Source: Prorocentrum cordatum
Lineage: Eukaryota
Assembly (NCBI GenBank): GCA_963575745.1
Contig: CAUYUJ010000002.1
Location: 62,001 to 126,000, forward strand
DNA length: 64,000 nucleotides
Direction of reading: 5' to 3'
Made by a program: the position numbers and the translations under genes. Shown here piece after piece: positions 35,901-47,244 of this stretch (the first letter of the stretch is position 1; the number at the start of each line of letters is the position of its first letter). Below the pieces are notes generated by a model. It was not told the DNA's origin, did no database searches, and saw nothing but the letters and a program-made list of their open reading frames with translations.

Positions 35901-38900
35901 AGAAACCAAAACTCACGCCAGAGAACGCTGTGTGCCCTGGCAGGGGGCGAGCATCACTCCTCCCCCATGGAAGTTCCGTCTACTGCTGCCTGGCAGTCGC
36001 AATAGATTTTGAGGGGCGTCCTCGCGCCCCTCAGCACCTGAAAGATAGCGTACAGCCCTGGCGGATATATCCCTTGCCGATTTTGAGGCATGGGCAGGGG
36101 TCTGGAAAGCGGAAAAAACTCTGCTCTCCCCCGGGGCATCCAAGGTGGCGAAGTCCCACGCCGCACGCCTAAGGGGGACAAATTCACCGTACAAGAGTGG
36201 TCCATATGTAGAGACCTCTCCTGTGCTGACTCCTGGCTGTTCGCCCTCATGTTGGACCTCGACCAAGACTGGCAGAACATCCAGGGGTTCTATAGAGTCC
36301 TCGGAAAATCCTCTGGCCCAGAGGGATTCAAAACCTGGGAACGGGTTTGCTCCTTTCTGCTGCACGTGCCTGCCACCTATACGCCTGCGCATCACATGAC
36401 GTGCTCTGCATACGTGCGTGCGGTGCAAGTCAGTACCTGCAGCATTCATATCGACCAGTGCCAAAACGTGCACCTCGGTCCCGCGTGTGACTGTAGCTGG
36501 ACTCAGGGTGCTGCAAACAAGGCGAATTACAATTATAATGCACACGCCTGCCCTCTCACTAGGCCCCACGGTCTCGGATGCCCGTGGAGTCGCATGACCC
36601 ACGAGCACCAGCTCTTCACCAAAAGGCCGCGCGTGTCCATGTACGTCTCATCCTGCCTCGCCCTGGGCCACTCCACGATGGGCCCCGCGTCGGCGCTCAC
36701 GGCAGGGTCCGCGTCCTCCGCCAGCAGCAGCGGCGAGGCCGTCCATCCCTTGTAGCAGCCATGGGCGGCCGCCGCCACCGTCTGCCTGCGCGTGGCGATC
36801 AGCGTGTCTATGTCGTCCTGCCCGCGTGTGCCGTAGAACACCGACGGCATGCTCCCGAGCTTGACCACCTTCTCCGCTGCGCCTCCTGCTGCCTTGACCC
36901 GCTGGGCGTCCCAGCTCCTGGCCTTGGCATTCGCGATCCTCTTGGACTGGGCTTCGACACGACGTCGCCGCTCAGCTGGCTGGGTCGCACCCAAATGTAT
37001 GGCTTGTCGCACCACCTGAATGCCCATCTGCTTGCTGTGGCTGCCCAGCTGCCACTCGACTCTGCCATGTGAGACCACGACAACGGTCATGCCGTCTCTG
37101 CCTCTCGATAGCTGCCGCTTGAGCACCTGCTCGAAAGCGAAGACGATCTCGTCGGTCAGCCTTTCTGGGCGCCGCCACGGCGGCCACGTCGCCTCGGGTC
37201 GACGCCTCTAGGTCGTCGAAGTATTGGCACATGTCTGCCCTCGGGTTTTCGACGTAGAGGTCGTCGATGGTGCCGATGAGACCGATGGGGCAAGGACAGC
37301 GGGCTGCCCACGGATTTTGCCACGATCCCTCGCTCCCAGACGTTGCCCTCGGTGTTGCACCCATACAGCGCCACTCTCTCCATCATAGCTCGCGCCGTCG
37401 GGGCTCTCTTGTCCCGCTGGGGGCGCAAGCTCTCGCATCTTGTAGACAGCCTTGACGCCGTGCCTACTGTGGGCTGGCAGTCCATCGCCGTCAAAGCATT
37501 GGTGTAAATTCCAGTGCAGCAGCTTCACTTGCTTGGGCGCCAGCTGGTGCTCCTTATCGAAGACGACTGGCGCCTCGTCCTGGTAGCGCAGCTGGCGCAG
37601 CACATTCTCGAACTTGTTGGGGGTGTTCGCATTGCACGTGATGAACACCTGTTTGTCTGACCTGGTACTTGCACACTGCTCGGATATGTCGCTAGGATCG
37701 CTACAGGCTCGACTCCCGCTTCGCGGACTGGAACCCATCAGCCATATCAGCAAGACTAGTATGCAACATTGGCCCATGCTTCTGGACTCCATCGTCCTTG
37801 GCACCGGCCTGCTTGAGGGCTGTCTCGATCTCCTGGGGCTTGCCTTGGCCTTGAGCTGGAGGGCGTCCTCGCTCTGCTCCTCGGGGCCTGCACTAGCGCG
37901 CCTCTTGTAACGTGGGCAGTCGCCGCTGAGGCTTGCCCCGTCTTCGTCCATCGCCACCGCCGTCTTCTCTGCGGCGTTCGCCTTCTTCTTTGCCACAAGC
38001 GCGAGGGCCGCTTCCACCAGCTTGGTGACCTCCGTATCCTGCTCCTCGCCATCCGACCCCAGGGCCGTCTTGGCGAGCTCCAGGTGCACGCAGACCGAGT
38101 CCCAGCCCTTGGGCATGGAGGGCCTGGCCAGCGACTTCTCCTTGCCGCGGAGGAACTCGACCTTCTTCCCCGCCTGCTCGGCCTTGTTCTGCGCTACGTG
38201 CAGCTGAGTCTGGATGTCCTCAAGCTGCCTCTTGAGCTTCGCCACTTGGGCGTCTGCCTTTGTCTGCGCTCTCTCTGCTCCACGGAGACGGCGGCGCACT
38301 GCCACATCCGCGTCGCATGCTGGTAGTGTTGCTTCCTTATGTGCCAGCCGCCCAACGATCTGTTCATGCAGCTTCGTTGTGGCCTCCGATGCGAACCCCA
38401 TGCCAGGTTCCTGCGCGAGCGGATCCAGATCTTTGAGGCGGGCCCTGTAGATCTTCAGCTTCTCTGCAAACCCTGACGTGGTCTCCTTCGAGTCGTCGCC
38501 ATCGGCGTCCTGGTGCGTGTCCTTCGGTTTGTCGCCCTGCCCGTCGCTCTTGGACGCCTGCCGAGGCTTCTTACACCAGTAGCATACTTTCGTCGTTCCC
38601 CAACAATCATCTGCGTGGCACGCTGCGCAGGTCCACATCGCCAGACTTCGGGGGCATCAGGCTGCTCGGGGCGGCAGTGCCATTGCCAAGTTTGCCGCTC
38701 CCTGCGACACGAGAAATCTCCTGGCACCTGGAAAAATCTCGAGTCGGGCAATGGCTACGGAGGAGGAGGAGGAGGAGGAGGAGGAGGAGGAGGAGGGGGA
38801 GGAGGAGGAGGAGGAGGAGGAGGAGGAGGAGGAGGTGGGACCGTGGAGGGCACCAGAACCCAGAAACAATTCAACAAAAGCCTCAGGGCCCGTGGCGAGG

Positions 38901-41454
38901 GAGGAAGTTCGCGATACGCGGCGCTGCCCGGTCCTGTCTGCCGCTGTCGCAGCCGCCTCACCGCCGCGAACGCCCCCTCGCCGAGGGAGGCGTCCACCTT
39001 GGCGCTCGGCAGAGCGGTGCGCAGCCCCATCCTCCCGATTCGTGCTCCTCGCTCCCTGCCCCCTCCTTTGATGGGCCCATTTTCCACCACCACCACCACT
39101 ACCACATACAGGAGAGGAAGGAGGAGGAGGAGGAGGAGGAGGAGGAGGAGGAGGTGCAGCAGGAGGAGGAGGAGGAGGAGGAGGAGGAGGAGGAGGAGGA
39201 GGAGGAGGAGGTGCAGCAGGAGGAGGAGGAGGAGGAGGTGCAGGAGGAGGAGGAGGAGGAGGACCTCCTCATCCTCCCTTCTCCCCCGTCCTACGCATGG
39301 CAGCGGTGGCGGAAACTGTGCCCATCCTCCTCCTCACAGCCTCGGGGCACGCGCGAACGTGGCTCAGTGGCTCAGGGGCCCGTGGGGCTGGCGCGTGGGC
39401 GCCAGATCCATGGACCCCGGGGGAGCGCAACCGCAAAGCATGGCGCCAGTGCCACCTGACGACCTGGCACTGAAGGCGGGGCCCGTTACTCATCCACGCG
39501 CCTCCAGGATCCATGCTTGCGCTTCCTCGAAATCTCCCTCCCTCCCTCCCTCATTGGTTCTCCCCCCCCTCCTCGAATCTCCTCCCAGCCCGCGTGCGAA
39601 CTGCTTTCCGATCGCGTGTCACCCCTCCTCTAGTTTCCTTCCGGCCCGTCTCCGATTTGCTCTCCGATCGCGCGTCACCCCTCCTCTAATTTCATTCGGG
39701 CCCGTTATCCGATGTGCGTTCCCATCGTGCTGCGTCCCGCCTCGAATTTCCGTCCCTCCTCGAATTTCCGTCTGGCCAATAACCGACGTGATGTCCGCTC
39801 GCCCCACTCGAATCTCCTTCCAGCCTGCTTCCGAAGCGCTCTCTCATCGCGTTCATCTACTCCTTCATCCCAGAATTGCAGGTGATGACGTCGGGCTACA
39901 ACTTCGCCTCACAAATCTCGCTGAGCACTGACAGTGCGTGTTACCATTGCTCGCCTGCTCTACATGCGCTGGCAGTCGCAATGCAGTGGCGTGGGAGGAG
40001 TGTCACACCTAAGTGTATTCCTTCACGGAGCAACTGCAGTGCTGCGCTCAATTGTCTTGTCTGGCCGCGTCTCTTGACTGTTACTTCGGGGGGATCGGCG
40101 CCGCTTCGAGACCATCGGACGATGTCCAGCATCCGAAAAGATGTGGCAAGAAGGCGGCTTGATCCTAGTCTGGCCTCTAGCCAAACTGGCTTGAGGCTTC
40201 ACTCCTTCTCTCGCCCATCCTCTTCCTCTCCACCCTTTCATCATCCTTCTCGCTCCTCCTCCTGCTCCTCCTCGCCCCTCGCTCGTCGCTCCTCGCCTCT
40301 TCCTCGTCCTCCTCCTCCCTCCTACCTCAGAGCTAACATCATCCAGGGACCCTGACCCCAGCGCAGCCGCCGATGTCAGCCGCCCGTCCGTTACGCCCTG
40401 CCACGCACGCGCCCACGTCCATCACTGACCTCCGACACGGTGGTGTCTTCACTGCACGGCCCCCCCCTGGGCTCTCCGCCAACTGCCGAGTGTTGCCCTC
40501 GGCCCTCAAGGTCTGAACGCCGATTCCGGACCTCCGACACCGTGCTTCTTGCCCCCCGCGCGGGCTCCGGGGCTCTCGACCCACTGCCAAGTGCTGCCCT
40601 CGACCCTCGAGGATTGCGGGAGGGAGAGAGGTCCTAGATGCTCTGGCAAATGTTTGAGCATGTCTGACCCACTTCGGGCCATCAGAGTGCAGAGGTGTTC
40701 TCCCTCCCCTGGCGCTCTGCCTTCTCCTCCCCGGCTTCCTCCTCCTCCTCCTGTTCTTCCTTCTCCTTCTCCTTCTACTTCTCTGGCTCCTCCGCCCTCT
40801 CCCTCCCTCTCCCCCATCCCTCTTCCTTCCTTCACTCGCCCTCCCCCATTCTTCCCACATCCATCTCTACGCACATAAGAAAAACACACTCCCCCTCCCC
40901 AACATTGCCCCTCCTCCTGATCCTCCTCCGCATCCTCCTCCTCATCATCCTCCTACTCTTGTTCCTCCAACTCCTCCTCCTCCTTCTCCTCCTACTCCAA
41001 CTCCTCCTCATCCTCCTCCTCCTCCTCATCCTTCTCCTCCTCGTCCCGTCCTCCTCCTCCTCCTCCTCCTTCTCCTCCTACTCCAACTCCTCCTCCTCCT
41101 CCTCCTCCTCCTCCTCCTCCTCATCCTTCTCCTCTCGTCCCGTCCTCCTCCTCCTCCTCCTCCTCTCTCCTCCTCCTGCTCCTCCTCCTTCTCCTCCTCC
41201 TCCTCCTCCCTCCTCCTCCTCCTCCCTCCTCCTCCTCCTCCTCCTCCTCCTCCTCCTCCCCCTCCTCCTCCTCCTCCTCCTTCATCTCCCTCCCTTCCTC
41301 TCTCTATCCCTCCTCTCCTTCCCCCCTCCAGATCTTCCTTCCCCCATCCCTCGATACCCCTTCCCTCCTCTCCCTCCTCCTCGCCCTCCCCCTCCCCCCC
41401 CATGCTGGGGCCTCGAAGTCCTGAGCGAGCTGCGGCGGGAGTCCCGGCGGAGGC
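11851..41454 (-). CDS. Aurora-like Ser/Thr protein kinase, multi-exon gene (subdomains I-VIII; 5' exons uncertain, 3' exons not found in window)
   Basis: Nine exons splice in frame with matching phases: 41454-41412, 38997-38934, 31493-31463, 29021-28976, 24845-24772, 19017-18933, 16635-16525, 12637-12605, 11920-11851. Product: [186 protein letters not shown]. It contains GxGxF, [12 protein letters not shown] and TTCGT. [9 protein letters not shown] and DFGWS are Aurora-family signatures. Confidence 0.93.
12605..12637 (-). CDS. Kinase micro-exon ([11 protein letters not shown])
   Basis: DFGWS motif, GAG|G acceptor, GAG|GT donor. Confidence 0.93.
13410..13820. repeat. (TCC/GGA)n microsatellite (one example of more than 20 such tracts in the window)
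   Basis: Other tracts at about 700-843, 10260-10770, 14760-15095, 15880-16165, 17410-18060, 23320-24120, 25340-25650, 26900-27055, 27950-28110, 38760-39260, 40900-41290, 42360-42535, 43760-43925 and 47645-47760. Confidence 0.97.
16525..16635 (-). CDS. Kinase exon, catalytic loop ([37 protein letters not shown])
   Basis: HRDLKPDN motif, GAG|G acceptor, GAG|GC donor. Confidence 0.95.
18933..19017 (-). CDS. Kinase exon, hinge ([28 protein letters not shown])
   Basis: AAG|G acceptor, CTG|GA donor, LEYCxxGSL motif. This frame is absent from the supplied ORF track. Confidence 0.9.
21600..23060 (-). mobile_element. Decayed non-LTR (LINE-like) retrotransposon, RT core deleted
   Basis: Frameshifted pieces: LADYFEDVQW...PFIMTELSGALRRLRRGKALGPDG (RT N-terminus), DAFHCRCLRRILG...SRVSNSDVL and RRRGRPRQQW (C-terminal motifs). 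No YxDD segment seen. Confidence 0.8.
24340..24520. repeat. Dispersed repeat built from CATCGGCGATG/CATCGCCGATG self-complementary units
   Basis: Homologous copies at about 11490-11660 (inverted) and 28490-28670. Each is bounded by GGGGTCGGA.../...TCCGACCCC-like motifs. Confidence 0.75.
24558..24724. mobile_element. Foldback/MITE element (50-bp inverted arms, central GGCGCC hairpin)
   Basis: Arms 24558-24607 and 24675-24724 differ at 3 positions. Related, more decayed copies lie at about 11165-11300 and 44340-44440. Confidence 0.75.
24772..24845 (-). CDS. Kinase exon ([25 protein letters not shown])
   Basis: CAG|G acceptor, GT donor, LxHxHIVRL subdomain IV motif. Confidence 0.92.
24990..25195 (-). 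mobile_element. Helitron-like 3'/5' junction of the same family, inside a kinase intron
   Basis: CGTGG...CCACG-GGTCTGC-CTAG|TCTCTTTTTTACAC...GCGTGCGAGAAGG at 25164/25163. The downstream sequence resembles 61140-61200. Confidence 0.65.
27214..27372. mobile_element. MITE-like element with ACCCCAACCCAACCCGAAG inverted arms
   Basis: Left arm at about 27224-27242, right arm CTTCGGGTTGGGTTGGGGT at about 27342-27360. A second, inverted copy lies at about 29171-29348. Confidence 0.65.
28976..29021 (-). CDS. Kinase exon, alphaC helix ([15 protein letters not shown])
   Basis: CAG|G acceptor and GAG|GC donor. Confidence 0.88.
31463..31493 (-). CDS. Kinase micro-exon with catalytic Lys ([11 protein letters not shown])
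   Basis: 31 nt, GAG|G acceptor, GT donor. Phases match both neighbouring exons. Confidence 0.88.
32895..33130. repeat. Degenerate 14-15 nt minisatellite (CACA(C/T)AGCTTGCAC)
   Basis: Visible tandem units. A related tract lies at about 20460-20740. Confidence 0.65.
33200..34425. repeat. Diverged tandem repeat, about 145-200 nt unit
   Basis: Core GCCTGCTACATCGCGGTG..CATGGGGC recurs near 33377, 33518, 33720, 33878, 34025, 34171, 34329 and 34399. Confidence 0.75.
35240..38761 (-). mobile_element. Decayed non-LTR retrotransposon: Zn-finger ORF1, endonuclease remnant, RT remnant, RNase H
   Basis: WTCAAC...CYWCKKPR (RanBP2-like Zn finger) plus coiled coil; FITCNAN (APE-like start); QYFDDL; LYAIFQVL...LKIYCDCQAAVDG (RNase H); C-terminal ...RCSSYA...LWEGRHP. 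Many stops and frameshifts. Confidence 0.75.
38738..38761 (-). other. Relic dinoflagellate spliced leader at LINE 5' end
   Basis: Minus strand TCCGTAGCCATTGCCCGACTCGAG versus DinoSL DCCGTAGCCATTTTGGCTCAAG. The first 12 nt match and the end is CTCgAG. Confidence 0.6.
38934..38997 (-). CDS. Kinase exon, Gly-rich loop ([21 protein letters not shown])
   Basis: AAG|G acceptor, CAG|GA non-canonical donor, LGEGAF motif. Confidence 0.9.
41412..41454 (-). CDS. Kinase exon ([14 protein letters not shown])
   Basis: CAG|G acceptor and GAG|GC donor. DFE directly precedes the Gly-rich loop exon. Confidence 0.8.
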
Positions 41455-41769
41455 CTGGCGCCCCCCGACTGCGGCGTTGCATCGGAACGTGCATCGGATC
41501 GGCACCGCGAGGCGGGGGTATATCCATATCCATCGCCTGGGGAACCGACGTCCTGGGACCCCAGCGGGAGGTAGATCTGGGCACCATTGGGCCCCAGCGG
41601 GCCCCACTACATCCATACATCCACCGCCTACCCGAGATCCCCGAAGATCGCTCCCCTGGGCGACAATCACGGACAAATTCCCGCCTCGTAGGCACGGAGT
41701 CGGGATCGAATTGGGGCGGCTGCGCCGGGGTGCACATCAGCGCCATGCAAGCATCGACCGCAACTGTTA

Positions 41770-41914
41770 GGTCGGGCATCTTCTCCTACAGGCGAATTTT
41801 GGACGAAAAATAACATATAGTCAAAACAAACTCCCAAATAGTCAAAAGTAGTCAACAAATCGTACCCAAACTATTTCTTACTATTTTTGAATATCCCTCC
41901 CGTAACGCCCGACT
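41770..41914. mobile_element. MITE, same family, decayed
   Basis: TA|GGTCGGGCATC..CTCCTACAGG...GCCCGACT|TA. Confidence 0.6.
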
Positions 41915-42141
41915 TAACGCAACTGGTCGTCGGAATATCGGGATCGAGCCGGGTGGAGCCCGCCAGAATTGACATCGGGTTGGATCGATCGGATCGCAAT
42001 GGGCCGTGCGCCGTCGCCGTCGTCGCCGTCGAGTCTTCGTTGTCGCCGTCGAGTCTTCGACGTCGCCGACGTCGCCGACGTCGCCGTCGCCGTCGCCGCC
42101 GCCGCCGTCGCCATCGCCGTCGCCGTCGCCATCGCCGTCGC

Positions 42142-42176
<35 letters not shown>

Positions 42177-42921
42177 TCCTCGTCGTCCTCGTCGTCGTCG
42201 TCGTCGTCGTCACCACGTCGCTGCCGTCGTCGCCGCCGCTCGCACCCGCGCCGCCGCCGCGCGGCGCGGGGAGCGCGAACGTGCCACGGGCCTCTGGAGG
42301 TCCCCAGTCTCCAGAGGCCCTGGAGGTCTCCGTGCCCACATCCGGGCCCTCGCGGCCTGGACCTCCTCCTCCCCCTCCTCCTCCTCCTCCTCCCCCTCCT
42401 CCTCCTCCTCCTCCTCCTCCTCCTCCTCCTCCCTCCTCCTCCTCCTCCTCCTCCTCCTCCTCCTCCTCCTCCCCTCCTCCTCCTCCTCCTCCTCCTCCTC
42501 CTCCTCCTCCTCCTCCTCCTCCTCCTCCTCCTCCGCGCGACAGGTCAGGTAAGCCTCGCACCAGTCGGCGCGTGAGCAGAGAGAACTGAGAAGAGCGTGC
42601 AGCCAACGTGCCTTTGGCAGGGCCGCCAGATCTGCACTGCGCGCTCCCGCTCGCGAGCTGCACCGCCGCCTTGGCGGAAGCAGTCAGCGAGTCGCGCATG
42701 GGAGCCAGCAACTGCCAGCGCATTCTTCCACGCAAGGTGCCCCCCAGGCTTGGCGAGGCCCACCTCGCCTCCGCGCGGAGCAGCTTCGAAACCACACCCC
42801 GTGTCTGTTGGGTCGCAGCCCCGGGGGCGCGGCCGGCGAAGCCTCAGCAGACCTCGAGAACGTGGGCTCGCGCCCTCGAGGGCTGTGGAGGTACGGCCAT
42901 CTTGCCGTCGTGCTACCATCA

Positions 42922-43090
42922 GGTCGGGCGTGTCCTCCTACAGGCGGGCTTTGGGCGAAAACTTTACAATACCTAGGGGGAACAAGCAAAAATGCTCATC
43001 AAAAATGTTCAAAATAGTCGAAAGTCGTCCCCAGACGGATCTTTCAATGATATACTTCAGTATACCCCCTGTAGAGGGACATGCCCGACT
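42922..43090. mobile_element. MITE, same family as 46301-46453
   Basis: GGTCGGGCGTGTCCTCCTACAGG...CCTGTAGAGGGACATGCCCGACT|TA. Confidence 0.75.
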
Positions 43091-46000
43091 TAATGCTACC
43101 ATGAGGAACGCTGAGCACGAAGTGGGCCCCCTGTGTTGGCCCCACGAGGAGCGCTGGAGCGCTGGAGGAACAACCGTGGGAGGGAGGACCCAAGGAACAG
43201 CGAGCCCCTTCCGAGTGCGAACCGTTCCCCGTGTCACAGCGCCTGTATCCGGAAGGCCTATGAGGGTCCCTGCAGGCCTGCCGGGGCCGCTGCAGGCAGC
43301 CACGCAGGAAGAGGCCCTACGGTCGGGAAATTCTGCTGCGGTGGCCCCGGCGACACGCTGGGCCCAGCGAGCGGAGAGCCTGTCGGTCCGCTCCGCGGGG
43401 CGGGAGACTGGGAACGGCTCGGGACGTTGACAGCTGGGAGCTGAGGCGTGGAAAGCGTGTCGCACCGAAGCGTGATAGGCCAGAACCGGCGGTGCGAAAC
43501 CTCGTGGACGGCGGCGGAGAAGGCGAAGGCATCCGAGGACGACACCCGCCGCCGCCGAATGCGCCGACGGCGCCGCTTCCGACGAGGGCGACGACGACGG
43601 CGGCACCGACGACGAAGGCGCCGACGAGGCCGCGGCGGCGGCAGGACGAGGAGGAGGCGTCGGCCCGGGGCCCCCTTTTGAGCCTTGTGAGGCTCATTGG
43701 CAGGGGCGGCACCGGGGCAGCCGCCGCGGCCTGGGCGAGGGGTGCGGCGCTACTCTCGGCTCCTCCTCCTCCTCCTCGTCCTCCTCATCCTCCTCCTCCT
43801 CCCTCCTCCTCCTCCTCCTCCCTCCTCCTCCTCCTCCTCCCTCCTCCCTCCTCCTCCTCCCTCCTCCTCCTCCTCCTCCTCCTCCTCCTCCTCCTCCTCC
43901 TCCTCCTCCTCCTCCTCCTCCTCCTGCCGCACCCACGCGGCATTCTCTTGCCCCCTTCGGAGGAGGGGCCCGGCGAGGCAGCGGCGGCCCTCCCTGGAAG
44001 GGAAGTGGCCGTCTCTCTCTGCGGGAGCCTCCCCGGTGGCGTCTCTCGCCGCTGGATCGGCTGGGTCGGCTGCGGAGCACGGGCAGGGCTCCGGGGGCAG
44101 GGCTTGGGCGGGCCTGTGGAGGCAGAGCTCTGCGAGGAGGCCGTCTCGGGACCGTCGACGCCTGGGACGGGGCCGAGGGCCCTGGGGACCTCGTGGTGGC
44201 AAGTGCGCGACATGAGAATGAACGGGGGCTGCCTGCCCCTTGGAAATCAAAGGAGTCAGGCTGCCTGCTGCCTGGTCCCCGATGGGCAGAGCTCTGCGTG
44301 GAGGCAGAGCAAGCGGCATGAGCATCGACTCTTGACGCTCTGCGCGGGTTCCTTGGATCTGCGCCAGGGGCGGCGCCGGAGGCGCCGCCTGGGAGGGCCT
44401 CGGCGCGGAGCCAAGGAATCCGCGCGGAGCGCCAGAAATTTACGGTGGCCAGTCCACGAGAAACCTTCTACAAGAAACCCAACCCTGAGACCCCAGGACG
44501 TCCAGTGATTTTTGCTGGGGACATCACGTTTTCCGTCGCAAAGCCATCGAAACCAGAGAAACCCAGGGCACCCTGGAGGCAAGCAGGGTGTTTCTTGGCA
44601 TGAGCCTCCACTGCATGTTGATGGCGTTTTTTCTTCCCCGAACTTCGGCCAGGCGGGAGCCGCCGTGGTATCAACTGGCCCTCCTCCGAGCCTCCCTCTC
44701 CTCCGCCCTCCCCCTCCTCCGCCCTCCTCCTCCTCCGCCCTCTTCCTCCTCCTCCGCCCTCCCCCTCCTCCTCCGCCCTGCTCCTCCACCACGCTCTCCA
44801 CCTCAGGGGCGGGCACGCACGCACGCACGCAGGCTAGCCACGGGAGCCAGGGCGAGTGAGGGGCGTCGCGCAGCGCGCGGCGCCAGACCCAAGACGCCCA
44901 ACGCCCCATGGATCGGCACTCCCGAGATACGTACGGAAAGAAAGGGGGACGACGCCTAGCAGCCACTGTTGTCCAGAAACCGACGGCGCCCGCTGTTGGA
45001 CAGGCGGCCCTTGGTCCCGAACGGACAGCGTCTGCGGCGGCACCGACAGCGAAACCTGGTCAAACCAAGCACGAACTTCTGTCGGTCTGGGTCCCCGCTC
45101 TTGCCGTCCCCGTGCCAGTCGTGCCGAGATGAGGTCACCGAGCTGGTGCTGCGGCCGACGCTGGGGGCCCGAGAAGCTTGACCACGTGTCGAAAGGATCC
45201 CCGCCGTTGCGAATCTGCTTTGCATACTAGGGTCCTCCATCCAGGGACCCATCCTGGGAGGCACCGCCAAGAGGCACTGCAGAGGGATTCGGATGCCATT
45301 ATACCATAATGTGTCACAGGGTGTCTCTTCATCGCAAGCCTCCAGAGAGGCTCCCCGAGAGGACCAATGTGCCACTGCACTCCAATATTTCACAGGCTCT
45401 TCCCATATCTCGGTGCACTCCCCCTCACAGGGACCACTATGCCATGGAATCATAGTATTGCACAGGTGTCGTACTCGTCCCATACCTCTAGGCAGGCCCC
45501 CAAGAGTGGCCAGTGCATCATTCTACCATAGTCTTTCTCAGGATTCGTGCTCACACAACTCCTTCAAACAAGCTCCAGGGGACGGTTTCTCCAGATCAGC
45601 TTGGAGGTCATTCAAGACCCATCCAGACATCCCAAAATCGATATCTCCGGTTATTATCCTCCCAGGACCCCGAACTTTCTTATCCTCAGGGTGCGATTCT
45701 CACCAGCATAGGGTTACTCGGCCGTAGGGGGGAAGCGAGATCATGGTCCCCGCAGTGTCTGCAGGCCCCCCACCCCTTTCACCCTCGATGGGCCGTAGAG
45801 GGGGGGCGACCGAAGCGGCTGCAGGTCCCCCCTAACAGGCGGAGTGGAGGCCTCAGAGCGGCCAGAGCCTCGATGAGGGAAGGAGGAAGAGACCAGAGGA
45901 GAAGGTCCCCCCTGCCACCCCCAGTCGGCCGTAGGCGGGAGGTCTCGAGGGCGCCCCTGGGCCATCTCTCGGGGTGGTCCTGGGATCGCCTCTTGGGAGC

Positions 46001-46300
46001 TCCGCATGAACGACGGGAGTCTCGTCCTGGGACCGCCCTTTGAAGCTCCGTGGGAACTGTCGACCCTGGGGCAGCTCGGAATGGCCCAGGGACCGCTCTC
46101 GGGAGCTCTGCGGGGGACGGCCTGAGTCTCCTGGCAGGCTCTGGGGCAGCGCGGAGTGGCCTGGGGCCTTCTCCTTGGAGGCCCGGGGCTCGAGGCGCTC
46201 GGGGGTCTCGGGGGCGTTAAGGGGTCCGAGCGACGGCGAGAGGGTGCCGCGGCTCGGGGCACTCTCCTTGGGAGCTCCTTGGGAACCGCCGTTAGGCCTA

Positions 46301-46453
46301 GGCCGGGCATGTCCCTCTGCAGGAGGGAAACTCAAACAATAGTCCAAATGATGTGGGGACGACTTTTTCCCTATTTTGGGATTTGATGTTGGATTGTTTG
46401 GAATGTTTTGTGATTTTCCTCCAACATCCGCATGTAGGAGGACATGCCCGGCC
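46301..46453. mobile_element. TA-flanked MITE (TIR GGCCGGGCATGTCC)
   Basis: TA|GGCCGGGCATGTCC...GGACATGCCCGGCC|TA with an AT-rich interior. Same family as 41770-41914 and 42922-43090. Confidence 0.8.
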
Positions 46454-47244
46454 TAAAACCATCGGTGTCTCGTGGGAGGCTCTGGGGCAATGTGGGAGTG
46501 GTCCTTGGAGGTTCTTGGCCCATTGGGGGCTGCGGGAAGGGCGTCGTCTGGGCTCCCTTCGGCCCCTCTTCGAGCCCTCGTGGGGGTCTCTCTGGAGCAT
46601 CTAAGGGTCCTCTTGGCCCACTTCGGACTTCTTGGGCCGTCTCGGGGGCCTCTTGGGCCGTCCTGGGGCCATGTAGGGGGTCTCGGGCCATCTTGGAGCT
46701 TGCTTTGATGCCTGTGCAGCTTCTAGCGCCCTCTTGGGGCTGTCTTAAGGCCCTCCAGGGGCTCTATGAGGCTGTCTTGGGCTTCTCGTGGGCATTCTTC
46801 GGGCCCTCTGGGGCCGTCTTGGGGCACTCGGCGGGGCCTCCTGAATCGTCTTGTGGCGATCTGGGATGGTCCTGGAGCCGTCTGGAACCGTTTTTGGCCC
46901 GAAATGGCGCGAGCACGGAAAACTCTCAAATACCAAAACAAAAAAAAAGCCTGGCCTCGGGGAACCGTCATCGGGATCCTGTTGGGCCGTCTTGGGAGGC
47001 ATTTGGTCCGTCGTCGGGCCGTCTTGGGCTGGTATAAGGGCTTTGTTCGGGTTCTCTTGGAACGTCCTCCCGCCATCCCGAGCGTCTCGGAGCGGTAGTG
47101 GGGCTGCCTGAGGCCGTCTTGGAGACACCTGGCTGGGGGCTCTCTGGAGCGTCCGAGAGCGGCGGGGCGCTCCCAGGCGCTCGGGGGCATCTCGCGACCT
47201 TCTCCCCTCTTTCGCACGCGCAATGACCAGAATTGCAGTACAGA

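Noticed and set aside
35264..36755. 302-aa and 221-aa plus-strand ORFs
   Set aside because: They are antisense to recognisable RNase H and C-terminal motifs of the minus-strand LINE.
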